Below are positions 18,651 through 28,121 of a stretch of DNA of 64,000 bases, one piece after another. Below the pieces are notes generated by a model, which saw nothing but the letters and a program-made list of their open reading frames with translations, did not search any database and was not told where the DNA came from. Made by a program: the position numbers and the translations under genes. Where the stretch lies: positions 229,384 to 293,383 of the forward strand of contig CAVPBD010000004.1 of the NCBI GenBank assembly GCA_963701765.1. The letters run 5' to 3'. Positions within the stretch are counted from its first letter, which is position 1; each line of letters starts with the position of its first letter. This stretch comes from Candidatus Bathyarchaeota archaeon. GTDB taxonomy: Archaea; Thermoproteota; Bathyarchaeia; Bathyarchaeales; Bathycorpusculaceae.

Positions 18651-19691
18651 ATGCCCGAAATTTGGTTAGATACCGTTACTCCAAAAATCAGCATAGCCAT
18701 TAACAGCATGCTGCCCATCTTACATAAGAAAGGTTACTCAACACTTGTTACAGCGAAGAAGCAAACTCAAACAACAGATATGCTAGACGCACTAAAAGTG
18801 CCCTACCAGAGAATTGGAGATTACGGAGAAACGCTCAAAGAGAAGCTTGTTGAGGAGCAGAAAAGAACCTTAGAGTTTGTTGATCTGTTCGAAAAAGTTG
18901 GGTATCCTAAGGTGTTGTGGACGCATGGTGATGTATCTGCCATCCGTACAGCTTTCGGGCTGGGAATCCCAATTGTTTACGCTAATGACACCGTGTTCGC
19001 TTATGCCGTTGCACGGTTAGCATGCCCATTGGTAAATTGGCTGCTTACACCCATAAGTTTTGGTAAGTCATGGAGTAAATTTGGAATCTCCAAATCAAAA
19101 ATTATACATTACGATGGATTAGAAGAAGCGGCATGGCTTAAAGATACCAAGTTCGAGAAGCCAAAATTCCTAGAAGAACTCAAAGACAAAAAACCAGTAA
19201 TACTTTTCAGAGATGCTGAATACCAAGCGGTTTATTGCAAGGATGTTAAAGTTGATTCTCAGAAGCTTTTAGAAAAACTCACTAAACTGGGCACCGTCGT
19301 TTGCCTTCCTCGTTATGAGAAAGAGAAAGAACAATACAGAGGCTTAGACAACATCTGGGTATCACCGGAGCCAGTGCTTACAGCTCAGATTATCCCTTAC
19401 ATTGACTTGATGGTCGGTAGTGGTGGCACGGCATGTAGAGAGACCGCTATGTGTGGGATACCCACAATTAATTTCCACTTTTGGGACGTCCAAGCACGAT
19501 ACCTTTACGAAAAAGGGTTCCCAGTTCAAATCATAAGAAGGACAGATAAAATAATTAAAACTGCTAAAAAGATTCTTCAGAATCCCAAAAAGTTTAAAAT
19601 AAACACTAAAGCAGCCTTAGACAGAATCGAATCGCCCGTCCCTACTTGGATACATTACATAGAACTTGGTCTAAAAACAAAACCTAGTTGA
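18651..19691 (+). CDS. DUF354-like protein (GT-B/epimerase-like fold family common in archaeal glycan loci)
   Basis: 'MPEIWLDTVTPKI...' and its length resemble DUF354. The longer ORF starts at 18582. Confidence 0.55.
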   Translation: MPEIWLDTVTPKISIAINSMLPILHKKGYSTLVTAKKQTQTTDMLDALKVPYQRIGDYGETLKEKLVEEQKRTLEFVDLFEKVGYPKVLWTHGDVSAIRTAFGLGIPIVYANDTVFAYAVARLACPLVNWLLTPISFGKSWSKFGISKSKIIHYDGLEEAAWLKDTKFEKPKFLEELKDKKPVILFRDAEYQAVYCKDVKVDSQKLLEKLTKLGTVVCLPRYEKEKEQYRGLDNIWVSPEPVLTAQIIPYIDLMVGSGGTACRETAMCGIPTINFHFWDVQARYLYEKGFPVQIIRRTDKIIKTAKKILQNPKKFKINTKAALDRIESPVPTWIHYIELGLKTKPS

Positions 19692-20574
19692 ATTTTCCTG
19701 ATTCTAAAAAGCCTTTCAAATAGTAAAACCTAATCAGTGGATGAATATACGCTATAGTAGCTTCACGCATTTGATAGGCAACAAATAAACCTGTAAACGG
19801 TGAAATCGCAAAACGATAAAAAATGCCGCGGCGTGAAATAGGTGCCCGTTGACCCGATTCATGTTCAACTTTCTGCCAAATCTCTCTTGATTGTGTCCCA
19901 TACCAATATTGGTGCGAAAGTTCATGTTTTAATCCACCTCGCAGATGGATTGATTTAACGTTGTAATCTACAATCCAGGTATAGCCAATTTCCCTGAGTC
20001 TATAAGCTAGTGTGGTATCTACACCAGCGTTTACTTTTACGATTGGAAAACCGCCAGCGGCTCGAATAATGTCAGTCTTGTAAATCGTATTATCCAATGT
20101 GCTACCTAAAGTGAAAGCCGCATTTTGCCTGCCCCGAAGCCAAGAAGATAACTGAGCCTCGCCTCGATATTTTCGGGCAACATATTTCTGTAAACTCGTT
20201 ACACCCCGAGGTTGGCTGGCAAACCGCATGCCAGAAGCTACTGCAACCTGTGGATTATTGAGGATAGACGGAATTTTAGCCCACCAGTCCTCAGCTAAAA
20301 GTAAATCCTGCTCAAAACTAACAAAACATTCGCATTCAACGTTTTTGAGGGCAGTGTTGGCGCCATCGCTGATACCTGTTCCTTCGTTAGCGATAACTGC
20401 CCAACCGAACGACTTGGCTAATTCGCAGGTATTGTCGGTGCTTTTGTCATCCACAATCAACCGTTTATTCACATTTTCAGCGGGAATCAATTGGTTTATG
20501 CGTTTTAGAACTGCTGGAAGAGTCTTTGCACCGTTCTTAGTCCACATGACCAAATCGATCTTAGCAATCAACAT
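19684..20574 (-). CDS. family 2 glycosyltransferase
   Basis: 'RLIVDDKSTDNT' and a GT-A DxD-like 'FEQD'. It is convergent with the DUF354 gene and overlaps it by 8 nt. Confidence 0.75.
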   Translation of the reverse strand: MLIAKIDLVMWTKNGAKTLPAVLKRINQLIPAENVNKRLIVDDKSTDNTCELAKSFGWAVIANEGTGISDGANTALKNVECECFVSFEQDLLLAEDWWAKIPSILNNPQVAVASGMRFASQPRGVTSLQKYVARKYRGEAQLSSWLRGRQNAAFTLGSTLDNTIYKTDIIRAAGGFPIVKVNAGVDTTLAYRLREIGYTWIVDYNVKSIHLRGGLKHELSHQYWYGTQSREIWQKVEHESGQRAPISRRGIFYRFAISPFTGLFVAYQMREATIAYIHPLIRFYYLKGFLESGKFN

Positions 20575-20724
20575 GTATCACCGAGAGAGCTTTTCTTATT
20601 AAGAATAATAAGGTTATTTAATAATTATTCGAAGCCATATTACCGATTAATAAACTTGAGCGATCAATAGAAAAATATTTTCAATGAAATTCACATCTAC
20701 TTCAGGAAGAAGATCTGTTGCGAG

Positions 20725-21513
20725 TTACGGATGATTGGTTACGCTTTTTTTCTCTCGACTTTTCTCGAATAGACGATAGAAAGATTCTTGAGGGTTATCT
20801 AACGAAAGAGACAAGAAATCTAAAAATCTGGCTATGTTGCTATACAACTTCATTCGCGGATATTTTTTTTCTAAGACACTTATAAGTAAGGCTTTATCCG
20901 CCTTAGTGTTCCGGCTTACTGTATGTCTTCGCCAGAAATAGAGAGGTTCCATTATGGGGAAACCTGTCCATCCATTCTTTACCATTCTAATAGCTAAGTC
21001 CCAATCTTCGTAAGCAGGCAACGCTTCATCGTATCCTCCGACGTCTTCAAACGCTTTTCTTCTAAACAAAGCTGCACCAAGTTGCCCACCAGACCCGCGG
21101 TAGATACTAAAACGATTGCGCAGGGGATTGGGTATTCTCAATTCATGCGTAATACCAAACTCCTGGGCACTGGTCCAAATGAAACCTGCTCGATCATGTT
21201 TCAACATTTGACCTATGCATGAATTAACGTAGCTCTGATGCAGCTTATCGTCTGCACCAGGAGTTACGTAAAACTCTCCATGCGACATCTTTATCCCTAC
21301 GTTAAAGGCATGCGAAGCACCATGGTTCTCTTGGTAAACATACTCAACCGGGTAACTTTTAGCAATGTCTCTGGTATTATCAGTTGAACCGTCATCAACC
21401 AAAATGATTTCCAGATTGCAGTAAGATTGTGCAAGAACGCTTTCGATGGTTTCTGGCAAGTATTTGCCATGGTTGTACGCAGCTATTACTATGCTTACGA
21501 GGGGTCTATCCAT
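20725..21513 (-). CDS. family 2 glycosyltransferase
   Basis: 'VSIVIAAYNHGKYLPETIESVLAQSY..EIILVDDGSTDNT' and 'GADD' are canonical GT2 N-terminal motifs. Confidence 0.85.
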   Translation of the reverse strand: MDRPLVSIVIAAYNHGKYLPETIESVLAQSYCNLEIILVDDGSTDNTRDIAKSYPVEYVYQENHGASHAFNVGIKMSHGEFYVTPGADDKLHQSYVNSCIGQMLKHDRAGFIWTSAQEFGITHELRIPNPLRNRFSIYRGSGGQLGAALFRRKAFEDVGGYDEALPAYEDWDLAIRMVKNGWTGFPIMEPLYFWRRHTVSRNTKADKALLISVLEKKYPRMKLYSNIARFLDFLSLSLDNPQESFYRLFEKSREKKSVTNHP

Positions 21514-21541
21514 TCGTCCTTTGCACTTCTCTGTTACATGG

Positions 21542-21979
21542 TTATTTTATTTTCCTATGCAGATTAGCTTTTTTTCCATAAACAACTGTCCCTTCGGGCA
21601 CATCACGAGACACAACACTTCCAGCACCAATTAACGCGTTTTCACCAATCGTTACTCCTGCTACCAAAACGCTACCCGCGCCTATGCTTGCGCCTCTTTT
21701 GATTGTCACCGGTTCTTGTTTCCAGATCTCTTGTTTCAGGTTTGGATAGCGATCATTGGTAATTACTACGTGAGGACCGACAAAAACATAATCCTCAATT
21801 ACAGTACCCGGAGGTAAGAAACAGAAAGCTTCAATTTTGCAGTGTTTTCCAATCCGAGCTCCGCCTATCTCTACGAAACTTGCGACTTTTGTATTTTCAC
21901 CTATAATACTATTGTATATATTTACAAGTTCAGGATGCCAAATTTTAACGGAAGGGTGTATTTCACTATTAACAATCAA
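21542..21979 (-). CDS. left-handed beta-helix (hexapeptide-repeat) acetyltransferase
   Basis: Hexapeptide periodicity in 'IGENTKVASFVEIGGARIGKHCKI' and 'IGAGSVLVAGVTIGENALIGAGSVV'. Confidence 0.8.
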   Translation of the reverse strand: MIVNSEIHPSVKIWHPELVNIYNSIIGENTKVASFVEIGGARIGKHCKIEAFCFLPPGTVIEDYVFVGPHVVITNDRYPNLKQEIWKQEPVTIKRGASIGAGSVLVAGVTIGENALIGAGSVVSRDVPEGTVVYGKKANLHRKIK

Positions 21980-22141
21980 TTAATTCGCCTACTTTCCTTT
22001 TACAAGCAATCACTTTTAAATTGCCTTGAATCATACATTCAAGTATTTCTATCAGCGAATTAAGAATTTCGCTAAAATTCTCTCAAGACATTATTAAAAA
22101 CGGTCTTTGAAAAACAACGAAATATCTTTTTTCAAATTTCA

Positions 22142-22939
22142 TTAATCTCCTTTCCCGGCTTGGCTAAGACTTCCCCAATATTGCACTTGTTTAGCAAAAT
22201 CTATTGGATCATGTTTGACACATTTTAATAAAAGATTTTCACTGAAGCCCGGGAAGAAAGACGCTAAGAACCTAGACCTGAGATTTTTATTTACGAAGGG
22301 AATCGGAATCAATACAAAACCTGGAACTTGTTCCTGAATGTCAAACCCAACAAAATTTAACGTCTTTAGTAATGAAAGATAATCATAAGTTTGAAAATGA
22401 AAATCCCAAAGGCAGGCAGGATTAAAAAAATCTTGCTTAATCGCACGGTTTTTACGCAGATAATAGTATATCTTGCCTGGCGTTATGGAATTTGGAGTAT
22501 TAATAAAAAACAGACCTGTAACGCTTAGAAGTTGGTGTATGTTACTCAAAGCCTTTAAAGGATTTTTCAAATGCTCTATTACATCCATCAGAAAAACTAC
22601 ATCAAATTTTGAATACCCTTTGATGTTTCTACAGTTGCCGTCTAAATCATATTTAGCCACTTCAACACTAACATGAGCGATTTGAGCGCTCAACTGCGTT
22701 TTTCTGAGGTTCGAAGTTGAAATATCGGTTGCTAAAACATAATGTCCTCTTTTCGCGAGTTCCACTGCCAATGCCCCATTACCACACCCCAAGTCTAAGA
22801 CGCGAAGATTTTTCCCGGCATTGGAGATTAATTCAGCAAAGTACTTGGCTTCAGCAGAGCTACCTTGTTCGGTCTTTTGACCGACTAGCTCATAGGCGTT
22901 TTCGATGTTGTCTGGCAACGAATTAGTTGCGGGGTGCAT
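22142..22939 (-). CDS. class I SAM-dependent methyltransferase
   Basis: SAM motif I 'LRVLDLGCGNGALAVELAKRGH'. The maximal ORF reaches 23143, but that would abolish the divergent intergenic region, so the Met at 22939 (or 23062) is more plausible. Confidence 0.7.
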   Translation of the reverse strand: MHPATNSLPDNIENAYELVGQKTEQGSSAEAKYFAELISNAGKNLRVLDLGCGNGALAVELAKRGHYVLATDISTSNLRKTQLSAQIAHVSVEVAKYDLDGNCRNIKGYSKFDVVFLMDVIEHLKNPLKALSNIHQLLSVTGLFFINTPNSITPGKIYYYLRKNRAIKQDFFNPACLWDFHFQTYDYLSLLKTLNFVGFDIQEQVPGFVLIPIPFVNKNLRSRFLASFFPGFSENLLLKCVKHDPIDFAKQVQYWGSLSQAGKGD

Positions 22940-23141
22940 ACTATTTATGCAATATATTGAGAAGGTAGTTAACCTTTCTGTATTACGTAAAAATAGAGCC
23001 AGGCGACCATACCAATTGAATTTTAAGGCTTTGAAAAGAGGAACTTCATAACCGCTTTTCATTCTTCTTTGGCTAGTTTCATTAGCAGAGGATTTATAAT
23101 CTGAAAAAACCTTTCTCTTAGAGATGGCACACTGAGGCACC

Positions 23142-24623
23142 ATGATAAAGATCAGATTAGATGTAGATTATCCATATCCATCTAGGCTTCAAAGCTTTCT
23201 CTTCACAGCGCTGAACATGCATACAAGCAATAATTATGTTAAGAATTCTAAGATAATTGCCAAGATGATTAACGAGTCCCAAGAAGAAGTAATGGCTTAC
23301 TGGTTCTTCACGCCTCAAACCATACCTGACAGCGAACTACTTGCGCTGTTGCATCCAGAAAGGCATGAAGTCGCTTTGCATGTTGCAACAAAGCCATACC
23401 CTGAATTGGTAAAACTGGAAAAGGCAACGGGTCGAAAAGTTAAATATTACACTGTCCACGGTACCGCTCGATTGCTAGCGCGGCTGATGTGGAAGCGTAA
23501 AATTTGGGAAGCAAAAGCGTCGATTCCAAAAGGTTTTCCACTTAAATCCTTTTATGATTTCCCCACTCTTGCCTTAGACTGGTTATGTTACCGAAACTCT
23601 ACTGCACAAGCTTTGAAAATTGCTCAAGATTATGTTGCTAGGGGGGAGGTGCTACACATTCATCCCGAGTGGCTTTTCCAGCGAGGAACCCTCAACCGCA
23701 GAGGACCGTATTATGAGACTCTAAAAAGTCTTCTCGGAGTTGATGGGGAACTAGAAGGATTGCAGGTTAGAAAGAAGGGGTTCGCTAGACTAGCCGAGTA
23801 TCAAGAGGAGAAAGAGTACTTGCGCGATTATGAGCCGGTAGGACCTTTTTTGAAGAAGCTTGCTGAACGTGGAGTAGACATCTTCACGTTTGTAGAAAGA
23901 AAATGGTGCTGCCCAGTCACGAACTCACCCAGGGAATGGTTGAAGGTAGAAGACAACGTTGCACTCCTCAAAATAACTCCCTACATGGATTGGCTGAGCG
24001 CAGTTGGGAAAAAGACTCGGAACATGATTCGTAAAGCCGAAAAGAGCGGTATAAAAGCCGAAATAGTTCCACCATCCGATCAGTTGACTGAGGGAATATG
24101 TAAAATTTATAATGAAACGCCTATACGCCAAGGCAGACCTTTTTCGCATTTTGGAGTAAAATTGCAGGAGGTAAAAGCGCAAGTAAACAATGTACAGGAC
24201 AGCATCTTTATTGGCGCCTTTTTTGAAAATGAACTTGTGGGATTTGTACAACTTGTTTTTGGGGACGATATAGCTATTATGGCTCAGATACTTTCCATGC
24301 AGAGATTTTGGGATAAAGCCGTGAACAACGCTCTTGTGGCGAAGGCGGTGGAGGTCTGTGCGAACAAAGGTGCTCCGTGGCTTATGTATGGCAGGATGGG
24401 AAATCATCCGACTTTGGACAGCTTTAAGGAAAATAATGGGTTCTCAAAGTGTATTCTTAGACGGTTTTATATCCCTGTTACTAATAAAGGGCGTTTAACA
24501 ACAAAGCTCGGGCTACATAGAGAAGTAAAAGATGCCTTGCCAGAATCGCTTAAGAAGCCCCTTATTCCCGTTTTCAATTGGATAAGCAGAACCAAAGCCC
24601 AAGTTCGCCTCAGGTTACACTAG
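23142..24623 (+). CDS. two-domain protein: N-terminal polysaccharide-deacetylase-like region fused to a C-terminal FemAB-like/GNAT acyltransferase domain
   Basis: The N-terminus 'IRLDVDYPYP...HPERHEVALH...HIHPEW' is deacetylase-like. The C-terminus 'MIRKAEKSGI...YNETPIRQGRPF...FIGAFFENELVGFVQLVFGDD...ALVAKAVEVCANKG' resembles FemAB-family GNATs seen in exopolysaccharide loci. Confidence 0.55.
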   Translation: MIKIRLDVDYPYPSRLQSFLFTALNMHTSNNYVKNSKIIAKMINESQEEVMAYWFFTPQTIPDSELLALLHPERHEVALHVATKPYPELVKLEKATGRKVKYYTVHGTARLLARLMWKRKIWEAKASIPKGFPLKSFYDFPTLALDWLCYRNSTAQALKIAQDYVARGEVLHIHPEWLFQRGTLNRRGPYYETLKSLLGVDGELEGLQVRKKGFARLAEYQEEKEYLRDYEPVGPFLKKLAERGVDIFTFVERKWCCPVTNSPREWLKVEDNVALLKITPYMDWLSAVGKKTRNMIRKAEKSGIKAEIVPPSDQLTEGICKIYNETPIRQGRPFSHFGVKLQEVKAQVNNVQDSIFIGAFFENELVGFVQLVFGDDIAIMAQILSMQRFWDKAVNNALVAKAVEVCANKGAPWLMYGRMGNHPTLDSFKENNGFSKCILRRFYIPVTNKGRLTTKLGLHREVKDALPESLKKPLIPVFNWISRTKAQVRLRLH

Positions 24624-24645
24624 AACCCTCATTAGCTCCAAGTGG

Positions 24646-24915
24646 TTAAAGTAGAAGATCGGAAAGGAGGTGGTTTAGAGCATCTCTGTTTTTTATGTTT
24701 CTAAAGATAGCTTTTCCGCTTGCGTAAACCCGAAATGAGAAACCTTGGAAGGTTAGCTCAAAAATTATTCCTGAAAGACTATTTTTTAGGGTGGCTTTTT
24801 TCAGGATGTTTGCTATGGCTTCTTCTTTTTTTTCGAACTTAAAGACAACTATAACGTCTTTTTCGTCACCGCATGTACCTTCGATTCGTGTGATGAAATC
24901 GTCTATTGTTGGCAT
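24646..24915 (-). CDS. small hypothetical protein translationally coupled to the sufS-like gene
   Basis: 89 aa. Its ATG shares one nt with the sufS-like TAA ('TAATG'). The C-terminal 'ASGKAIFRNIKNRDALNHLLSDLL' resembles, from memory, a C-terminal module of some archaeal ThiF/MoeB-like proteins. Confidence 0.45.
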   Translation of the reverse strand: MPTIDDFITRIEGTCGDEKDVIVVFKFEKKEEAIANILKKATLKNSLSGIIFELTFQGFSFRVYASGKAIFRNIKNRDALNHLLSDLLL

Positions 24916-26111
24916 TAGAATTGTTCAATCTCCTTTAGTACCTCTACAAAACGATCAACTTCTTCAGTTGTATTATAAATATAGAAACTTGCTCTTGCTG
25001 AAGACTGCAATTTAAAGAGCTGGTGCAGGGGTTGTGCGCAATGAAAACCGCTGCGTAACATAATTCCATAGTTGTCACAGAAAAGAGCGATATCATGCGA
25101 TGATACCCCGTCCATTGTAAATGGAATTATCCCACATTTAACTGACAGATCAAGAGGACCGTAAATAGAAATTTTTTTGAGCGCCTGCATTTGCTTTAGG
25201 GCATATTCTGTTAGTTGGATTTCATGATGTAATACATTATTCATACCTATCTGTTCGAGGTACTTAATTGCTTCAGCAAAAGCGATGCCTCCTGCTATGT
25301 TAGGTGTTCCCGCTTCGAATTTCCAAGGAAGATCATTCCAGCTTATGTCGGAATGTTGCTTGCTTGGGCTAAAAGATACATCCCGTATCATTTCGCCTCC
25401 ACCTTGAAAAGGGGGCATTATTTCGAGGAGGTTCTTTTTACCATAAAGTACCCCAACGCCGGTAGGGCCTAGCATTTTGTGACCTGAAAAACATAGAAAA
25501 TCTGCGTCTAATTCCTGAACGTTAATAGGCATATGAGGGACAGATTGCGCTCCGTCCACTAGCATTAGAGCTCCATTTTCGTGAGCAACTCGGGCAAGTT
25601 TTTTAACATCATTTGTAACTCCGCTAACGTTTGAAACATGAGTTAAAGAGACTAGTTTGGTTTTGTCGCATATTTTCTCTTCAAAATCAGTGTAGTCTAG
25701 AGTACCGTCGTTATTGATTTTTGTATATTTTATTGTAAAGCCAGTTATTTTTGAGATTATTTCCCAAGGAATGATATTGCTATGGTGTTCCATAAGGGAA
25801 AGCACAACCTCGTCACCTTCTTTTAGATTATGAAGACCCCAAGAATAGGCGACTAGGTTTATAGCTTCGGTTGTACCTCTAACGAATATAATTTCTGATG
25901 GGTCTTTCGCCTTAATAAAATGGCCAATTTTTTCACGCGCATTTTCATATAGCTCAGTTGCTTCCTGCGATAGAGAATGGACTGCTCTGTGAATGTTAGC
26001 ATTGTGCTGCTCGTAATAGTCTTTTTCAGCATCTATAACCTGTCGTGGTTTTTGAGTAGTTGCAGCGTTGTCAAAATAAATGATAGGATTGTCGTTTATT
26101 TTCCGTTTCAA
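24915..26111 (-). CDS. sufS: cysteine desulfurase, SufS/group II-like
   Basis: 'FDNAATTQKP', 'HHSNIIPW', PLP-Lys 'SGHKMLGPTGVGVLYG' and catalytic Cys 'RSGFHCAQP'. Confidence 0.85.
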   Translation of the reverse strand: MKRKINDNPIIYFDNAATTQKPRQVIDAEKDYYEQHNANIHRAVHSLSQEATELYENAREKIGHFIKAKDPSEIIFVRGTTEAINLVAYSWGLHNLKEGDEVVLSLMEHHSNIIPWEIISKITGFTIKYTKINNDGTLDYTDFEEKICDKTKLVSLTHVSNVSGVTNDVKKLARVAHENGALMLVDGAQSVPHMPINVQELDADFLCFSGHKMLGPTGVGVLYGKKNLLEIMPPFQGGGEMIRDVSFSPSKQHSDISWNDLPWKFEAGTPNIAGGIAFAEAIKYLEQIGMNNVLHHEIQLTEYALKQMQALKKISIYGPLDLSVKCGIIPFTMDGVSSHDIALFCDNYGIMLRSGFHCAQPLHQLFKLQSSARASFYIYNTTEEVDRFVEVLKEIEQF

Positions 26112-26149
26112 TATGGGAAAATCTTCGCGAATCCTTTGTACATCAAAGG

Positions 26150-26656
26150 TTATTTTTCTTCTTCCACCTTGAGCTTCTTAGATAGGGTGTCTGCTAATTG
26201 TTCTTCTTCAAGAGCCTGTTTTTCTTCGAAGGTGTATTCTTTGGGTAACCAGTCGGGTAAGGTGTTTTTCTTTTCGTAGAACGTTCTTATTGCACGTTTG
26301 AGGGCTCCTACGGCGAGGATTCCACAATGGGACTTGACACTTGGCAGTCCACCTACGGCTTCGTTGACCTTATTCCAAGTTATGGTTTCCCATGCTACTT
26401 TAAGAGTTAAGTTCTTGACCAATTCGGTAACTACACTAGCTGTTGCTATATTTGCTGCACACCCGTAGCTTTCGAACATGACTTTTACGATGGATTCGGT
26501 TTCGTCATCTATCTTGACATAGTAGGTTATCATGTCTCCACATGCAGGATTGCCTGCAACGGCTACAACAGTTGCGTCGTCCATTTTTCCTTGATTTTTC
26601 GGGTTTCTAAATAATTCCAAAACTTTTGGATTGTAAGGTAAAGGTGCACGTGACAT
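26150..26656 (-). CDS. iscU: Fe-S cluster scaffold, IscU/NifU N-terminal type, with an acidic C-terminal extension
   Basis: The three scaffold cysteines are in context: 'GNPACGDM', 'ESYGCAAN' and 'KSHCGILA'. Confidence 0.85.
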   Translation of the reverse strand: MSRAPLPYNPKVLELFRNPKNQGKMDDATVVAVAGNPACGDMITYYVKIDDETESIVKVMFESYGCAANIATASVVTELVKNLTLKVAWETITWNKVNEAVGGLPSVKSHCGILAVGALKRAIRTFYEKKNTLPDWLPKEYTFEEKQALEEEQLADTLSKKLKVEEEK

Positions 26657-26658
26657 AT

Positions 26659-27897
26659 CTAATCAACTCCAGTAGATCCGACAATACGTCTAATGCGTTC
26701 CACTGCATTAGGCAGTACATTTAGGACATAAGTTATATCCTCTTCTGTATGATAACGGGTGGTTTTCATTAGTATACTTCCATGGGCTTCGCTGTAGTGT
26801 CTACCGATAGCTACCAATACATGACTTGGCTGCAATAATCGCCTACTGCATGCGCTACCGCTGGAGACGTAAACCCCGCTGAGACTCAGCTCAATAGTTA
26901 ATGCTTCACCTTCGCAGCGCAGAAAGCTGATGTTTGCATTGTCAGGAGATCGCATCGTTCCTTTTGGCCCATTGAACCTTAAGTCAAACAGCTTTTCAAA
27001 GATTCCATCTACAAGCTTATCTCGCAACATTCGCATGCGATTAACGTTAGATTCAAAGTTGCTAAAAGCAAGCTCAGAGGCTTTAGTGAAGCCGACGATG
27101 AGTGGCGTGTTTTCAATACCCGGCCACAGTCTTTGTGTGCCAACTTGACCTTCCAAGATTTTTTCGACTAGAACACCTTCTTTGATGTATAGAGCACCTA
27201 TTCCACGGGGGCCAAGAATCTTGTAGCTACTTAGAGTGGCGAGGTCAACTTTGGTATCTTGCACATTAAAAGGTATCCTACCATAGGCATCTGAAGCGTC
27301 TGTATGGACCAATACTGCTGGGTTTATGTCTTTAACTATGTCAATGGCTTCTTTGAGCGGCTGAATGGCACCAATCTCATTATTCACAGCAGCTATGCTT
27401 ACTAAGCAGGTTTCTTTGTCTACAACTTCTTTGAGCTTCTCAAGATTGATAATGCCTTCGCTATTTACAGGCACCTTGGTAGTTGTGTAACCGTAACGTT
27501 TCATCAAATCGGTGGTTACGTTAAGGACATTGATGGGCTCGATTTCACTTATTACTATTTTTTTGGCTTTAGAGTCTTTCATTGCAAAGGCAGAACCTAA
27601 CAGAGCCAGGTTGTTAGCTTCAGTTTCGCCAGGGGTAAAGGTGATTTCTTCAAGTGCTTTGGAACCAATGGATTGACTAATTTTTTTGGAGGCTTCCATG
27701 ATTGTTTCGAAGGCTTCCCAACCGAGTTTATGAGTAAGAGTCGGATTCCCATATGCCCGCTTATTATAGTATGGCAACATAGAATCGAGTACCTCTTGCG
27801 GAACCATCGTCGAGTTCTCGTTGTCAAGGTAAACTTCGTGCTTTAAGCCCTCATGCAGCTTGAGCAGTTCTCTAACGTTTTCAACCACACAAATCAC
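26659..27897 (-). CDS. iscS: cysteine desulfurase, IscS/NifS group I-like
   Basis: GTG start, PLP-Lys 'SSYKILGPRGIGALY' and the catalytic loop 'SSGSACS'. Confidence 0.85.
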   Translation of the reverse strand: MICVVENVRELLKLHEGLKHEVYLDNENSTMVPQEVLDSMLPYYNKRAYGNPTLTHKLGWEAFETIMEASKKISQSIGSKALEEITFTPGETEANNLALLGSAFAMKDSKAKKIVISEIEPINVLNVTTDLMKRYGYTTTKVPVNSEGIINLEKLKEVVDKETCLVSIAAVNNEIGAIQPLKEAIDIVKDINPAVLVHTDASDAYGRIPFNVQDTKVDLATLSSYKILGPRGIGALYIKEGVLVEKILEGQVGTQRLWPGIENTPLIVGFTKASELAFSNFESNVNRMRMLRDKLVDGIFEKLFDLRFNGPKGTMRSPDNANISFLRCEGEALTIELSLSGVYVSSGSACSRRLLQPSHVLVAIGRHYSEAHGSILMKTTRYHTEEDITYVLNVLPNAVERIRRIVGSTGVD

Positions 27898-28121
27898 GCA
27901 ATAAAAATAAAATATATAACAGCCTTATATTCCTAGCACATCTCAAAAAAGATTAGATTATAAAAGTAAACAGCAAAAACAGTTCATTCATAAAGTAAAA
28001 CAGGCATAAACTGCGAAAAAACACTACAATAAACTTAGAATCCAATCAAGGGATTGCTACTAAGAAGGAAAAATAGCTAGAGCCTAACTTGGACATAGAA
28101 AAAGAGAAGGAAAAGGGATCT

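Noticed and set aside
22940-23143. N-terminal 68-codon extension of the methyltransferase ORF reaching the start of the divergent gene
   Set aside because: The extension has no similarity to methyltransferase N-termini and would leave no promoter space for either divergent gene. The internal Met was chosen, with uncertainty noted.
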